From: Squalus acanthias
Taxonomy: Eukaryota
Length of the DNA: 64,000 nt
Assembly: GCA_030390025.1 (NCBI GenBank)
Contig: CM059438.1
Span: 69,938,001-70,002,000 of the forward strand
Direction of reading: 5' to 3'
Shown here: positions 36,640 to 50,279 of the stretch, piece after piece
Layout: every line of letters starts with the position of its first letter
How positions within the stretch are numbered: the first letter of the stretch is position 1
Notes under the pieces: generated by a model
What the model saw: only the letters and a program-made list of their open reading frames with translations
Databases searched by the model: none
What the model was told of the DNA's origin: nothing
Program-made: the position numbers and the translations under genes

Positions 36640-37874
36640 AGTACTGTCAACATGCTCCAGTCTGTTCCCCTTCCCCTGTAATACAAGTTTTGAGTTAACT
36701 GTAAGAGAGGAGAGCTGTGAGGAATAATTGTATTAGCTAGGCTCTTCAGCCCTGAAAAGAGACATTGTAAAGAGGACCCTATATAAGATACTTAATGGGA
36801 TGGAGAAGGTCAACCTGGAGCAATACCTTCAATACATGCCATGGCAGCAGGATATTTAATTATGCAGATTATTTTGGACAATGGAATTTGATCAACTTTG
36901 TGTCATGCTTTGAAAGGCATGAAAAACATTAGCCAGATAAATCAAACCTAATTGCTGGGGCATGTTCTTCACCTCAGTGAGAAAGAGGAGCAACACCATA
37001 AATGTAGCAACATTACTTACATTACAACTCCAGATGTACAGAAAGACAACTCAAGAGGGGAGGAAAATTGCAGAAAGTGAGCAGGAGCGGGAAAGGGAAA
37101 AAGTTAGATGTGAGGGTGAAGAATGCACACGTGTCTAGTGGCTAAAGGAAGGCCCACTGATAGTGGAGCAGAGAGTGATTGTGACAAACAATTAAGAATT
37201 TCAGAGTGAAGTAACATTTATTTTCCAACACTTTGGGACAAATAACGTGTTATTGGCTTCAGGTGTGATGCAACGTTTAAACAATGAAACTGACTCCATA
37301 TGTAACAGGAGGCCATAGGTGCCTTGATCTTCTATCACGGCCTGGTTTAGATAGAGTGCTGGGTACAGTTGTTCAAAAAAAAATATTGAGATGCAGAAAA
37401 CAAGTAAGCTAACATTATGGCAGGTCAGATTCCGGCTCGGATCAAACTTGGCAATATAATTAGGTCTATTCAGCAGTTCCACTCTTCATACACCTGTGAA
37501 AACAAGGAAGAGCCTAGTTGAAGTCAAAGGGAAAAAGAGCAAGCTTTTCAAACTCTATCCTAATTATACCATGTGGACAATCCTGTGAATTGCCAATCAA
37601 ACTCTACTAAGTTCATAATGGGTTCAGAGCAAGTATGATACGCATTGATCCAATGTACAGTATGAGGGAAACCTATCAAATTTGTTTCTACATCTTAAGT
37701 GTCAAGATTTATGGGAACATTGATGTTTGAATTATTCTCTAACTTGCCTGTAATATTTAAATCGGCTTGAATCATCAAATACATGCCTGTTGTTATCATA
37801 GCAATACCACATTGCAAACATCTCCACTCTTGTGATTGGGGTTTCCCCCTGTAAGTTTGCCCTTATTTGTTCAA

Positions 37875-38564
37875 GGCCCAGAATGTGAGGTGGGTGATAA
37901 CAGCTAACGAACAGCATTTGAAACTGACCGCAACTTCAGGATTTAGCGCATGCCCATCCTAACGCGGAAATCCTGAAGTTGCGGTCAGTCATTTACTGCT
38001 CCGACACAGGCTGTGCTGTAGCGCTGCCCCACCCGCACCCCCCCACCCCCTGACCCACATAGCCGGCAATCAGTGTAATCAGGGAAACTGATGAAAACTT
38101 TGGCTTTTCTGTGGTAGTATCACTGTTAAATACCCCATTAAAAGTTAGTCCTTGTTGGATTAGCTGTAACTGTGGTTTTAACAGCGTGTTGACTGCTAAA
38201 CAAATGCTATGGCTCTGAAAAACTTAAAAAGAAAAAATATTCTTGTTTAAATTTTGTCATCTGTATTTCGGTTTACCTTTTCCCCATGTGAAAGCCCCAA
38301 TCTTTGTTTTGCTATCTACAACATTTTGAAAAAGTTAGAATAAAAGGAGCTTATTCAATTCCTGCATTGTGATTGGCTGCTTAGACAGCTTGTTGACGTC
38401 ACAGCTGCTCGCGCTGGGAATTCCCTATCAACTTACACTAATCTCAACTGACCGTCGGAAAAGTGGAACTTCTCGCCACTGAGATCACGAGATCTTTGTG
38501 GGAAGCTTACTTCGGGGACAGCGGCGAACTCCTTTGCTTCGCCGCTGACCGCAAATTATGGGCC
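37875..38564. mobile_element. Harbinger-like MITE
   Basis: GGCCCAGAATGTG / CAAATTATGGGCC termini; related to 1586-2321 in inverted orientation. Confidence 0.55.
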
Positions 38565-38585
38565 ATTAAGCCATCCAACAGTTAA

Positions 38586-41500
38586 CATAAGAAATAGGAG
38601 CAGGTATAGGCCACTTGGCCCCTCGAGCCTGCTCAGCCATTCAATAAGATCATGGCCGATCTTGGGCTCAGAGCAACTTCCCACCCGCTCCCCATAACCC
38701 TTCACTCCCTTATCTTGCAAAAATCTGTCTATCTCCACCTTAAATGTATTTAATGACCCAGCCTCCACAGCTCTCTGGGGCAGAGAATTCCACAGATTTA
38801 CGACCCTCTGAGAGAAGAAATTCCTCCTCATCTCAGTTCTAAAAGGGCGAGCCTTTATTCTAAAACTATGCCCCTGAGTTCTAGATTTCCCCACGAGGGG
38901 AAACATCCTCTCTGCATCTACCCTGTCGAGCCCTCTCAGTATCTTATATGTTTCAATAAGATCACCTCTCATCTAAATTCCAATGAGTATAGGCCCAGCC
39001 TGCTCAACGTTTCCTCATAAGTCAACCCCCTCATCTCTGGAATTAACCTAGTGAATCGTATCTGAACTGCCTCCAATGCAAGTATATCCTTCCTTAAATA
39101 AGGAGACCAAAACTATACGCAGTACTCAAGGTGTGGTCTCACCAATACCCTGTACAGTTGTAGCAGGACTTCCCTGCTTTTATACTCCAACCCCCTTGAA
39201 ATAAAGGCCAACATTCCATTTGCCTTTTTGATTACTTGCCGTACCTGCATGCTAACTTTTTGTGTTTCATGCATAAGGACCCCCAGGTCCCTCTGAACTG
39301 CAGCATTTTGTAATCTCTCTCCATTTAAATAATAGTTTGCTTTTTTATTTTTCCTGCCAAAGTGTATAACCTTGCACTTTCCCACATTATACTCCATCTG
39401 CCAAATGCTTGCCCACTCACTTAGCCTGTCTATATCCCTTTGCAGATTCGTTGAGTCCTCTGCACAACTTGCTTTCCTACCCATCTTTGTATCATCCGCA
39501 AACTTGGCTACATTACACTCGGTCCCTTCATCCAAGTCATTAATATAGATTGTAAATAGTTGAGGCCCCAGCACTGATCCCTGTGGCACCCCACTAGTTA
39601 CCGTTTGCCAACCGGAAAATGACTCATTTATCCCGACTCTCTGCATTCTGTTAGTTAGCCAATTCTCTATCCATGCTAATATATTACCCCCAATTCAATG
39701 AGCTCTTATCTTATGCAATAACCTTTTATGTGGCACCTTATCGAATGCCTTTTGGAAATCCAAATACACCACATCCACTGGTTCACCTTTGTCCACCCTC
39801 AAAGAACTCCAGCAAATTTGTTAAACATGATTTCCCTTTCATAAAACCATGCTGACTCTGCTTGACTGCATTATGATTCTCCAAATGCCATGCTACTGCT
39901 TCCTTAATAAAGGACTCCAGCATTTTCCCAATGACAGATGTTAGGCTAACTGGTCTATAGTTTCCTGCTTTCTGTCTCCCTCCTTTCTTAAATAGGAGTG
40001 TTACTTTTGCGGTTTTCCAATCCACTGGGACCTCTCCAGAGTCCAGGGAATTTTGGTATATTGCAACCAATGCATCCACTATCTCTGCAGCCACTTCTTT
40101 TAAGACCCTGGGATGCAGGCCATCTGGTCCAGGGGACTTGTCGTCTTTTAGTCCCATTATTTTACCGAGTACTATTTCCTTAGTGATAGTGATTGTCTTT
40201 AGTTCCCCCCTCCCTGTGGCCCTTGATTATCCATTATTGGGATGTTGTTAGTGTCTTCTACCGTGAAGACAGATACAAAATATTTGTTCAGAGTCTCTGC
40301 CATTTCCCCGTTCCCCATTATTAATTCCCCAGTCTCATCCTCTAAGGGACCAACGTTTACTTTAGCTACCCTCTTCCTATTTATATACTTGTAGATGCTC
40401 TTACTATCTGTTTTAATGTTTTTTTTGCCAGTTTACTCTCATAATTCATCTTCTCTCTCTCTATTATTTTTTTCATCATCCTTTGCTGGTTTCTAAAAAT
40501 TTTCCAATTCTCTGGTCTCCCACCAATCTTGGCAACATTGTATGCCTTTGTTTTCAATTTGATACCATCCTTTACTTCCTTAGTTAGCCACGGATGGTGC
40601 TCCTTTCTCTTCAAATCTTTCTTTCTCACTGGAATATATTTTTGTTGAGAGTTATGAAATATCTCCTTAAATGTCCGCCACTGCATTTCAACTGTCTTAC
40701 CCTTTAATTTATTTTTCCAGTCCACTTTAGCCAGTTCTGCCCTCATGCCATTGTAATTGCCTTTGGTTAAGATCAGGACACTGGTTTGAGATACAACTTT
40801 CTCACCCTCCAACTGAATTTGAAATTCAACCATGCTATGATCACTCTTTCCGAGAGGATCCTTTACTATGAGATCATTTATTAATTCTGTCTCACTACAC
40901 AGTACCAGATCCAAGATAGCCTGCTCCCTGGTTGGTTCCATTACATACTGTTCTAGGAAACCATCCCGGATGCACTCTACGAACTCCTCCTCAAGGCTAC
41001 CATGGCCAATTTGATTTGTCCAATCAATATGGAGATTAAAACCACCCATGATTATTACCGTACCTTTTTTTACAGGCCTCCATTATTTGTTGATTTATAC
41101 TCTGTCCAACAGTATTGCTACTGTTCGGGGGCCTGTAGACTACGCCCACCAGAGACTTTTTCCTTTTATTATTTTTTATCTCCACCCAAACCGATTCTAC
41201 ATCTTGATCTTCTGAGCCAATATCACTTCTCACCACTGCATTGATCCCATCCTTTACCAACAAAGCCACTCCACTGCTCTTTCCTTTCTGTCCATCCTTC
41301 CGAATTGTCAAATACCCTGGAATATTCAGTTCTCAGCCCTGGTCACCTTGCAACCACATCTCTGTAATGATGATCAAATCATACCCATTTGTATCTATTT
41401 GTGCCATCAACTCATCTATCTCGTTATGAATGCTGCGTGCATTCAGATATAGAGCTTTTAACTTTATCTTTTTACCATTTCTCCTTGTTTTGGCCCCATT

Positions 41501-42277
41501 TTCTGTTGCACTCTTATTTTTAAACATTCTGTCCCTTCCTGTCACACTCTGGTTATTATTTCCCCCATTTCTATCCTGCTCTATTGCTTTCTCATTTCTC
41601 ATTGACTTTTTAAGTTCCCGCTTAGCTGGATCCTCGCCCCCACTATTTAGTTTAAAGCCCTCTCTACAGCCCTAGTTGTTCGATGCGCCAGGACTCTAGC
41701 CCCAGCATGGTTCAAGTGAAGCCCGTCCAAACGGAACAGCTCCCTCTTATCCCAGTACTGGTGCCAGTGCCCCACAAATCGAAACCCATTTCTCCCACAC
41801 CTGTCTTTGAGCCACTCGTTCATTTCTCTGATCTTATTTACCCTATGCAAATTCGCTCGTGGCTCAGGTAGTGATCCAGAGATTATTACCTTTGTGGTTC
41901 TGCTTTTTAATTTAGCCCCTAGCTGCTCATACTCTCTTAGCAGAACCTCTTTCTTTGTCCTACCTATGTCATTGGTGCCTACGTGGACCATGACAACTGG
42001 ATCCTCCCCCTCCCACTCCAAGTTTCTCTCCAGCCCAGATGAGATGTCCTTAACCCTGGCAGGCAATACAGCCTTCGGGACTCATGCTCTCGGCTGCAGA
42101 GAACAGTATCTATCCCCTAACTATACTGTCCCCTATCTCTACAGCATTTCTTTTTACTCCCCCCACTTGAATGGCTCCCTGTACCCCGGTGCTGTGGTCA
42201 GATTGCTCATCCTCCCTGCAGTCCCTGCCCTCGTCCACACACTGAGCAAGAATCTTGTACCTGTTGGACAAGGCCAG
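38586..42277 (-). mobile_element. 5'-truncated CR1 LINE (part of ORF1 plus disrupted ORF2)
   Basis: GDSIVRG and VHVGTNDIG esterase; LYLNARSI, SDHS, QHGF, FADDTK; frameshifted; same subfamily as 62590-64000. Confidence 0.92.
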
Positions 42278-42946
42278 TTGGTGGAAATTGGCTTGTGAGA
42301 ACTTGTGAAACATAACCACCCTGCCATTCAAATGTGCCAATAGGTGAAGGTCGGGGTTGAAACAGCCAAACTGACTTGACTTCAGATATGGCAACAGGCA
42401 GAGAATAGAGATTTTCCCCCAGTTTAAACTGGGTTCAGGGACAGTACCAAGATAGTCGGGCAGTCCCGTAACCTAGTCTAGCATAAAGTGCTGTTTTTTC
42501 CCCCCTCTTGACTTTTACCACATTTCAAGTTTTCTTTTTTGATTCTTCCAGTAAATAAGTTGAGTTGTCATTCAATAATTATGATATTTTGAATACATTT
42601 TTATTAAGATATGAAATCCCCCTCTCCGCCCCCCCCCCCCCAACTAGAACAGCTCTCTCTACATTCATAAGTTCTTTGATGAAGTAATGGAGAGGGTTGA
42701 TGAAGGTACAGCAGTTGATGTTGTGTATATGGACTTTCAAAAGGTGTTTCACAAAGTACCACATGAAAGACTTGTTAGCAAAATTAAAGAAACAGTGGCA
42801 GCATGGATACGAAATTGGCTAAGGACCAGAAAGCAGAGAGTATTGGTGAACGGTTGTTTTTAAGACTGGAGGGAAGTATACAGTGGTGTTCCCCAGGGGT
42901 CGGTATTGGAACTCTGCTCTTTTAGATATATATTAATGACCTGGAC

Positions 42947-44150
42947 TTTTTTTTATTTATGGGATGTGGTCATCGCCGGCAAGGCCAGCATTTATTGTCC
43001 ATCCCCAATTGCCCTCGAGGAGTTGGTGGTGAGCCACCTTCTTGAACCGCTGTCCTTTGTAACGATTGAGTGGCTTGCAAGGCCATTTCAGAGGGCAGTT
43101 AAGAGTCAGCCAGATTGCTGTGGGTCTGAAGTCACATATAGGGCACATATAGGCAGATTTCCTTCCCTAAAGGACATTAGTGAACCAGATGGGTTCTTAC
43201 GACAATCCAGTAGTTTCGGTAGTCACCATTACTGATACTAGCTTTTTATTCCAGATTTATTTTAATTAATTGAATTTAAATTTCCCAGCTGCCGTGGTGG
43301 GAATTGAACTTATAGGGCGTGATCTTGCCAGCCCTGGGGAGGCGGTTATGGAGGCGGGACTGCCGGGAAAATGGCAGAATCTGGGGGCGGGTGCCCATCC
43401 CGCCCCCAACCCGCCTCCGTGCCATCTTGCCAGGAGGCAGGTAGCCGACCCGCGCCGGGTCCCATCTCCTTGGAGGCGGGAAGGGGATTAGTGCCACTTA
43501 TCTGCCTGTTAACAGATGGTTAACAGGCAGATAAGAGGATTATCCCCATTTTACCCACACAAGTGCGGGCTTCCCGAAGGCTGCGAACCCCGCCAGGGTC
43601 ACCGAGGCGAGCAGTGGGTTTGCGGGGGTAGGAGGGGTGCAGAAGTGCAGCTGTGGAGGTAAGTGATGGGTGCAAGTGTGGAGAGGTGAGTATGTGAGGT
43701 AAGTGGAAAGTGTTAGTAAAAGTTTACTTACCTTTGTTTCTTCCTGCAGGCTTCAAGAGTTGGGGATGTGGAGAGTCTCACATCTCCGCGGCAGAGATGA
43801 CAGATGGCTGCTGCATTCTCCAATGCAGCAACCATCTAATTTCTGCTGAAGAAAGAGGTTTGATGAGTCTTGAAAATTTTTGACAGATGAAACGTCATAC
43901 ATTGACGTTCTCTGCAACCGGCTTTCCCTTAATTGGCCTGCTAAGCCCGCTGGGCGGGCTTAACAAGGTCAATCAAGGGAAAATAGCGTGGGTTGGCCAG
44001 AAGTCGATGGAGGCGGGACTGAAACCCGACAAGTGGGAGTCCCGCCTCCAAAAGCTCCCCATTGGCAAAATCCAGCACCATGGCTCTGAATCATTCGTCC
44101 AGGTCTCTGGATTACTAGTCCAGTAACATAACCACTATGCTACTGTTCCC
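42947..44150 (-). mobile_element. tRNA-headed SINE with L2/Crack-type tail, split by a MITE
   Basis: Minus-strand head GTAGCATAGTGGTTATGTTACTGGACTAGTAATCCAGAGAC..; B-box part GTTCAATTCCCACC lies left of the MITE; tail matches the 19858 LINE 3' end. Confidence 0.7.
43315..44079. mobile_element. Harbinger-like MITE nested in SINE
   Basis: GGGCGTGATCTTGCCA / TGGCAAAATCCAGCACC imperfect TIRs; perfect 17-bp stem hairpin at 43497-43535. Confidence 0.6.
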
Positions 44151-45437
44151 CGTATATACAGAGCATAAATTAAAAGTTGCAGATGACACAAAACTCAGAA
44201 ACATAGTAAACAATGAGGAGGATAGTAACAGACATCAGGAGGCCATAGTCAGACTGGTGAAATGGGCAGACACATGGCAGATGAAATTTAACACAGAGAA
44301 CTGTGAAGTGGTGCATTTCGGAAGGAAAACTTGGGAGAGGCAATATAAATTAAATGGTACAATTTTAAAGGGGATGCCAGAACAGACAGACCTGGGAGTT
44401 CACATACACAAAGCTTTGAAGGTGGCAGGACAAGTTGATAAGGCTGTTTAAAAAAAAACATACAGGATTCTGTGCTTTGTAAATAGAGGCATAGACTACA
44501 AAAGCAAGGAAGTGATGATAAACCTTTATAATTCACTGGTTAGGCCTCAATTAGAGTATTTTGTCTAATTCTGGGCACTGCACTTTTGGAAGGATGTCAA
44601 GGCCTTGGAAAGGGTGCAGTGGAGATTTACCAGAATGGTACCATTATGTGCAAGAACCGAGAGACCTGCTGGTGTATGTACACAAATCTTTGAAGTTGGC
44701 AGGTCAAGTTGAGATGGCTGCTAAAAAAGCATATGGGATTCTTGGCTTAGAGTACAAAAGTAAGGAAGTTATGCTAAATCTTTATAAAAGATTGGTTAGG
44801 CCTCAGCTGGAGTATTGTGTTCAATTCTGGGCACCACACTTTTGGTCGGATATCAATGCCTTAGATAGGCTGCAGAAGAGATTTACTGGAATGGTACCAG
44901 GGATGTGCGACTTCAGTCATGTGGAGAGACTGGGAAGCTGGGGTTCTCCTTGGAGCAGAGAAGGTTAAGAGGAGATCATGAAGGGTTTTGATAGAGTAAA
45001 TAAGGAGAAACTGTTTTCAGTGGCAGAAGGGTTGTTCACCAGAGGACACAGATTTAAGGTGATTGGCAAAAGAACCAGAGGCGACATGAGGAAACTTTTT
45101 TTTTATATACGGTTACTTGTTGTGATCTGGAATGCACTGCCTGAAAGGGTGGTAGAAGCAAATTCAACATTAACTTTCAAAAGGGAATTGGATAAGTACT
45201 TGAAGGGAAAAAAATTGCATGGCTATGGGGAAAGAGCAGGGGAGTGGGACTATTTGGATAGCTTTACCAAAGAGCCGGCACAATGGGCCAAATGGCGGCC
45301 TCCTGTGCTGTATCATTCTATGATTCTATGATTTTGCAATACAGGTGGACAAGAGGAGGTCGAGTAATCGTGTTCCAGGTCTCTGATATGTCATTCTAAG
45401 CTGGCTTCTTTGGACAAGCAAGTAGAGGTCACGAACT

Positions 45438-45686
45438 AACAACAGAAAACGCTGGAAAAACTCAGCAGGCCAGGCAGCATCTGTGGAGAGAGAAACAGAG
45501 TTAACGTTTCAGGTCGAAGACCTTTCGTCAGAACTGGAAAAAAGCAGGAAATGAAATAGAATTAAAGCAAGTATAATGCTGGGAAAAGGGGGAGGGGATG
45601 AATAAACAAAAGGGAAGGTCAGTGGTAGGATAGAAAGCAGGAGAGATTAAGAGACATTGAGAGACATTAAGAGATAATCAAGGCAC
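45438..45686 (-). mobile_element. PLE-associated repeat (second family) carrying a hammerhead
   Basis: Copy of the 34604 element; possible TSD GGTCACGA at 45427-45434 and 45687-45694. Confidence 0.7.
45499..45535 (-). ncRNA. Minimal type-I hammerhead ribozyme motif
   Basis: Identical to the motif at 34663-34699. Confidence 0.8.
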
Positions 45687-45769
45687 GGTCACGATCCCTC
45701 TTCCTGTGACTTTTCTTCCTATGTCCTCACAGGGAGGCCCCTGACCTCAGTTTACATGCCTCCATGAGA

Positions 45770-46231
45770 TGCCAGCCTTTGCTCAGTGATAGCACTCACC
45801 TCTGAGTCAGAAGATTGTGAGTTTGTCCCATTCCAGAGACTTGAGCATGTAATCTAGGCTGACACTTCAGTGCAGGAATGAGGGAGTGCTGCACTGTCGG
45901 AGGTGCCGTCTTTTGGACGAGATGTTAAACCGAGGCCCCATCTGCCCTCTTAGGTGGACGTGAAACATCCCATGGAACTATTTGAAGACGAGCAGGGGAG
46001 TTCTCCCTGGTGTCCTGGCTGATATTTATCCCACAACCAACATCACTAAAATAAATTATTTGGTCATTATTTCATTACTATTTATAGGACCTTGTGTGCA
46101 AATTGGCTGCCACATTTCCTACATTAGAACAGTGACTAACACTTCAAAAGCACTTAATTGGCTATAAAGCTCTTTGGGATGTCCTGAGGTCATGAAAGGC
46201 GCTATATAAATGCAAGTTATTTCTTTCTTTC
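45770..46231 (+). mobile_element. Full-length DeuSINE (diverged copy)
   Basis: Head GCTCAGTGATAGCACTCACCTCTGAGTCAGAAG, Deu core, tail GAAAGGCGCTATATAAATGCAAG..(TTTC)n. Confidence 0.85.
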
Positions 46232-49200
46232 TCTACACAGTGATGCAGCTAATATTGTGAACTTCTGAACTCTGCACTGTGTTGCCACATATCATGCCTT
46301 ATAGTTTTTATAATTGTTGATGCTGCTATAATTGGTCATGAACTGGTCATCTGGCCAAGCATCATTCTCTATTTAATTAGTGTTCATTAAATTATTCATT
46401 GCTCTTCATTGGAAAGAGACTAAAAGACTGAAGAATATGGACAGTCCTATCTCCTTCCAATATAAGGCATGTGTCGCAAGCGCAGCTCAGGCTAACCTGT
46501 TCTTGCTGCTGGAGGAACTGTGGAGACAATCATTAATTGCGGTGGAATAGAAAAATCAGAGCAAAAAGACGCAAGAGAAAGGATTTAATTGCAATTGACA
46601 ATCTTACTGCCTCAGGAACCCATTAATTCTGTAATTGTTCCAATAACTGAACCTTTTTCCCATGGGAATGCACCCTGTTCTGGCCTGCTCAACTCCCTTT
46701 ATGTTGATTGGCGTGAAGGGTGTATAGTTTCTATAGAAGGTAATAATCCAGATGGCAAGATTCTCTTGGGCTTTACTGTGCATTAGTATGTCATAATATA
46801 TTCTTTTGCAAGCAAGCTGGTGCCAGCCAGTGCCTGACTGCAGTACATATTTTTGTGGTTTCATATTTTTTCAAGTTTGAAAAAAATTCCAGGTGATTGA
46901 TCCTGATCCACTGCCAGGAACTCTCCATTCGGCATTGTTTATATCATGTGGAGATTTCTGATGACTAAACTCAATTCACTGGCTTGAGAAGAAATTGTAA
47001 ATTAGTGGCTTATTTCAATGTCAATAATCCAGTCAGGAATTTTAGGGACCTCTAAATCAATTTCATTCACTAAAGAATGACTCAGGGTTTCAAACCTTGA
47101 AAGGAGGTGACTGAAACATAAGCTTGTTGATGTGGGTAAGACAGTAAAAAGGTAAATCTGGAACATTGCTTAAGCTATGACAGGACAGGGGCAGCTTCAA
47201 ACTAGTGAAAGGCAGTGGTGGTGTTCGGAAGTTCTGCTTTGCATAAAGAGTAAGCAATACAAGCAACGAACTTCTGGGTCGGGTATGGAGGCAATCATCC
47301 TGAATCTTTCAATAAATCATTGGATAGGGAGGGCTGTAGCATCCTTTTCGGTTGGACAAGCTAAAATGGTCTCCCTCATTTGTATCTACCTTGGGATCCT
47401 CTGAGTGTTGTCATCTGTACTAATTTTATAACCTAATATCGTGGAAGTGAGCTGGGATGTTTCTGAGTTCTCTCCACAAACATGGAATGGATTCATATAC
47501 ATAGTCCCCTCACCCCCAACCCCCATATGCTATGCTCCTGAACTTGAGTGGAGAAGGCTGTTCTCCACAAAGGGAATGAATCACCTTTAAGTGGATGACT
47601 GATAAGTTGCATCAATGGAAGCCTGGAATCGGGCTGCGTACATTCTGACCTTAATGATAAGAGATGCTCAATGAGGGTGAGAAAACAACTGAACAAAAAT
47701 AATTCAAGCAGTTACAGGAATTATAATTAATTTTACAGAATCCCACCATCAGGACCATTTGTGTAACAGCTATACCGTTAAAAAGAATTTGCACTAAAAT
47801 TAACAGCCTTCTGTTTTGGCCTTATTAATTTTGAGGGAAGAAATTCATCGGACTACTGTGAACGTCAACCTGAAATGCATTAATGATTTCACAAGAAATA
47901 CCGAGCAGAGGAAATCTTCACCAATTCATTTACAATTTTAATGACCATAGGAACTTGTACCCAATGTTTGGAATCTTAACTTTTAACACGTGAAAGAGGC
48001 ACTGTTGTCACGGTCAAGTGTCTTCCTACACACTTTACCATCTTCGTTAAAAGAGCAATGCACAATGATGTGATCAATGATGTGATTATGTCACTGTGTC
48101 CAGTGTTACGAATATATATTTTTGGCAATAACACCTCAGATAAAAAAAAAAAATTGCAGCTTGCGCCACAGTAAATAACAAAATAGACAGCACGGTAGTG
48201 GAGTTTGCAGGGCAACCTATCGACAAAACACATTGCAGTCTTGTTGGAAGAATTCATTCTGGCTTCTAATAGGCATGAGGTACCCCCTGTCTGTTGAAAG
48301 CCAAACTCTTTGGGCAACATTTTACATTTGTTTCTCCAACTTTTCTCAATCCTCATTCCTACATGGAACACAACGCACTTGGGATCCCAAGTGCTCTTTC
48401 TGCTTGTTTGAATTGTTAAAAAAGGGGAGGTCAGATAGTAGAGAGGGATATTTCCGCAAATGTATTTGACAATGCTGCATATCAGAGACTTTGTCAATAC
48501 GGCCAAGTTTTGGTGGCAGAGCCTTGGGACCAGAATCTGCAGCTTGCACAAGGCAAGCTCTTTACACACGACATTACCTCAGATTTAATTTCCTCCGGTG
48601 CTGTCAGATTTTGTAACTGGTGAATTGAGTGCCAGAGGGAGGACTAGAAAGTATATTTTGACACGATTTGAATTCTCAGGAAATTGTTAGTGATTTTATC
48701 ATATGTTCCATGGAGACTGCTTATTGGCAACATCAAATGAGCATGAATGTATAAATAGTGATTAAATTAGTTTTTGGCAGTCCTTGGAAACTTCTGGAGT
48801 CTTCACTGAATGAGACAAGAACACTGTCTACAAGCTGTTGGCACAAGGAAAGTGTATAGATTTTTAAGTAGTGTTTGAAATAATTTTTCCCCTCCAGATT
48901 TTTGGCTTGTTATTCCATATCAGGAAGCAATTGTTGGCTTTGAAGTAAAACCTTTTTATGACTGCTGCCTGGCTGCAAATTACTTTTTATAGGTGCAGTT
49001 ATTTTTGAAAATAGAATTTCCAGGAAACAACTTTAACAATTAGATCTCTGAAGTTTTTCTGAAAATTGTTCCCATTCCAAATGTATAACAAGAGTCAACC
49101 AAAGTCGGAACTATAGTAATCCGGCTTTTTTTTGCTTCTCTTCCCAACCATCTCTATAAAAATCTGCTGCAAGTGGCCATTTTGAAAAATGAGTTGACTG

Positions 49201-49634
49201 ATTTCATAAAGGTTGATGTTGCTAACTTATTTCCAACATAAGCTTTCCTCTTCTATGTACATTCTCTCTTCCCTCTCTCTTTCGCCTGCCCCTTTCTCTT
49301 CCTTCCTTTGTATAATTACCATACAGGAATCTCTTAAGATGCTTTTATGTATAAGAATGGCTGCTGACGGAAAGCAGACGATTCTTTTGGCGCTGACTGA
49401 GGCTCTGGATACTCAACAGTTTCTGGGTGCCAGTTTCTCCAGCCCTGTTACTACCTGTGGCCTGACGGAGAATGCAACCGGCTGGATGTACCTGTTGTTG
49501 ATACAGTATTTTATGGTGCTTTTACATTCTGGCACTGGAGGGCCATGCTCTTAAAACCGTGAAGCGCTTTGGGATATCTTGAGGTCATGAGAAGTGCTAC
49601 ATAGATACAAGTGTTTCTTTTTCTATTAAAATTA

Positions 49635-49970
49635 TCGGAGGGTGGCACAGGGTAGATAGAAGCAGACTGCTTCCAGACTTGAGGGGTCTAGAACGATGGG
49701 CCATAGGTACAAGATTAAATGTAAGAGATTTTGAATGGAGAGCAATTTCTTTACACAGAGAGTTGTGAGGCTATGAGATTCATTTCCAGGGTTACTGGTT
49801 GAGGCTGAACCTATGTCAACATTCAAGATTAGATTGGATGAAGGAAAAGGGAATAAAGGGATATGGAAACAGGGTGGGCAAATATGATTACGACTATTGG
49901 CGCCCATGGATGGTAAATGTTGAAACAGACTAGTTGGATTAAATGGCTTGTTTCTGTATTGTAACTTCTA
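49635..49970 (+). mobile_element. Old CR1 3' fragment
   Basis: TCTAGAAC..GGCCATAGG..TTCTTTACACAGAGAGTTGTG..AAATGGCTTGTTTCTGT. Confidence 0.65.
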
Positions 49971-50279
49971 AGTGTAAATGGGGTGAAATATTAACATATG
50001 ACTGTTAATATGAAATTCATTTGTGTGCTATTGCATCAGATGTGTTACCCTGTTTAAAATAGCGGACAAGGAATTTTATTTGAATATGTTAAGTGTTTGT
50101 ATATTAATATTGCACAACGTGAGTTCACTCAAAATGTCTTCACTCTGAGCAGCTTCACCATGTAAGCTTGCTTTTTTATCATTTGTTGAAGATGAACAGG
50201 TATTTTGAGAATATGTTTCAGGTTGCATTTTCCTAGTTTACTGGCTTATTTGATCACAAGATAATTACTAATGAGGAAA

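Larger units (their letters stand above)
42670..45332 (+). mobile_element. CR1 RT/3' region interrupted by nested SINE and MITE, with an internally repeated segment
   Basis: RT coding to ..ATTAATGACCTGGACT (42946), resumes ~44152 (ADDTKL); 44385-44643 is repeated in diverged form at 44660-44900; ends ATTCTATGATTCTATG. Confidence 0.85.

Noticed and set aside
47976..48569. 197-aa minus-strand ORF
   Set aside because: Non-ATG start, no recognisable domain, composition typical of a chance ORF.
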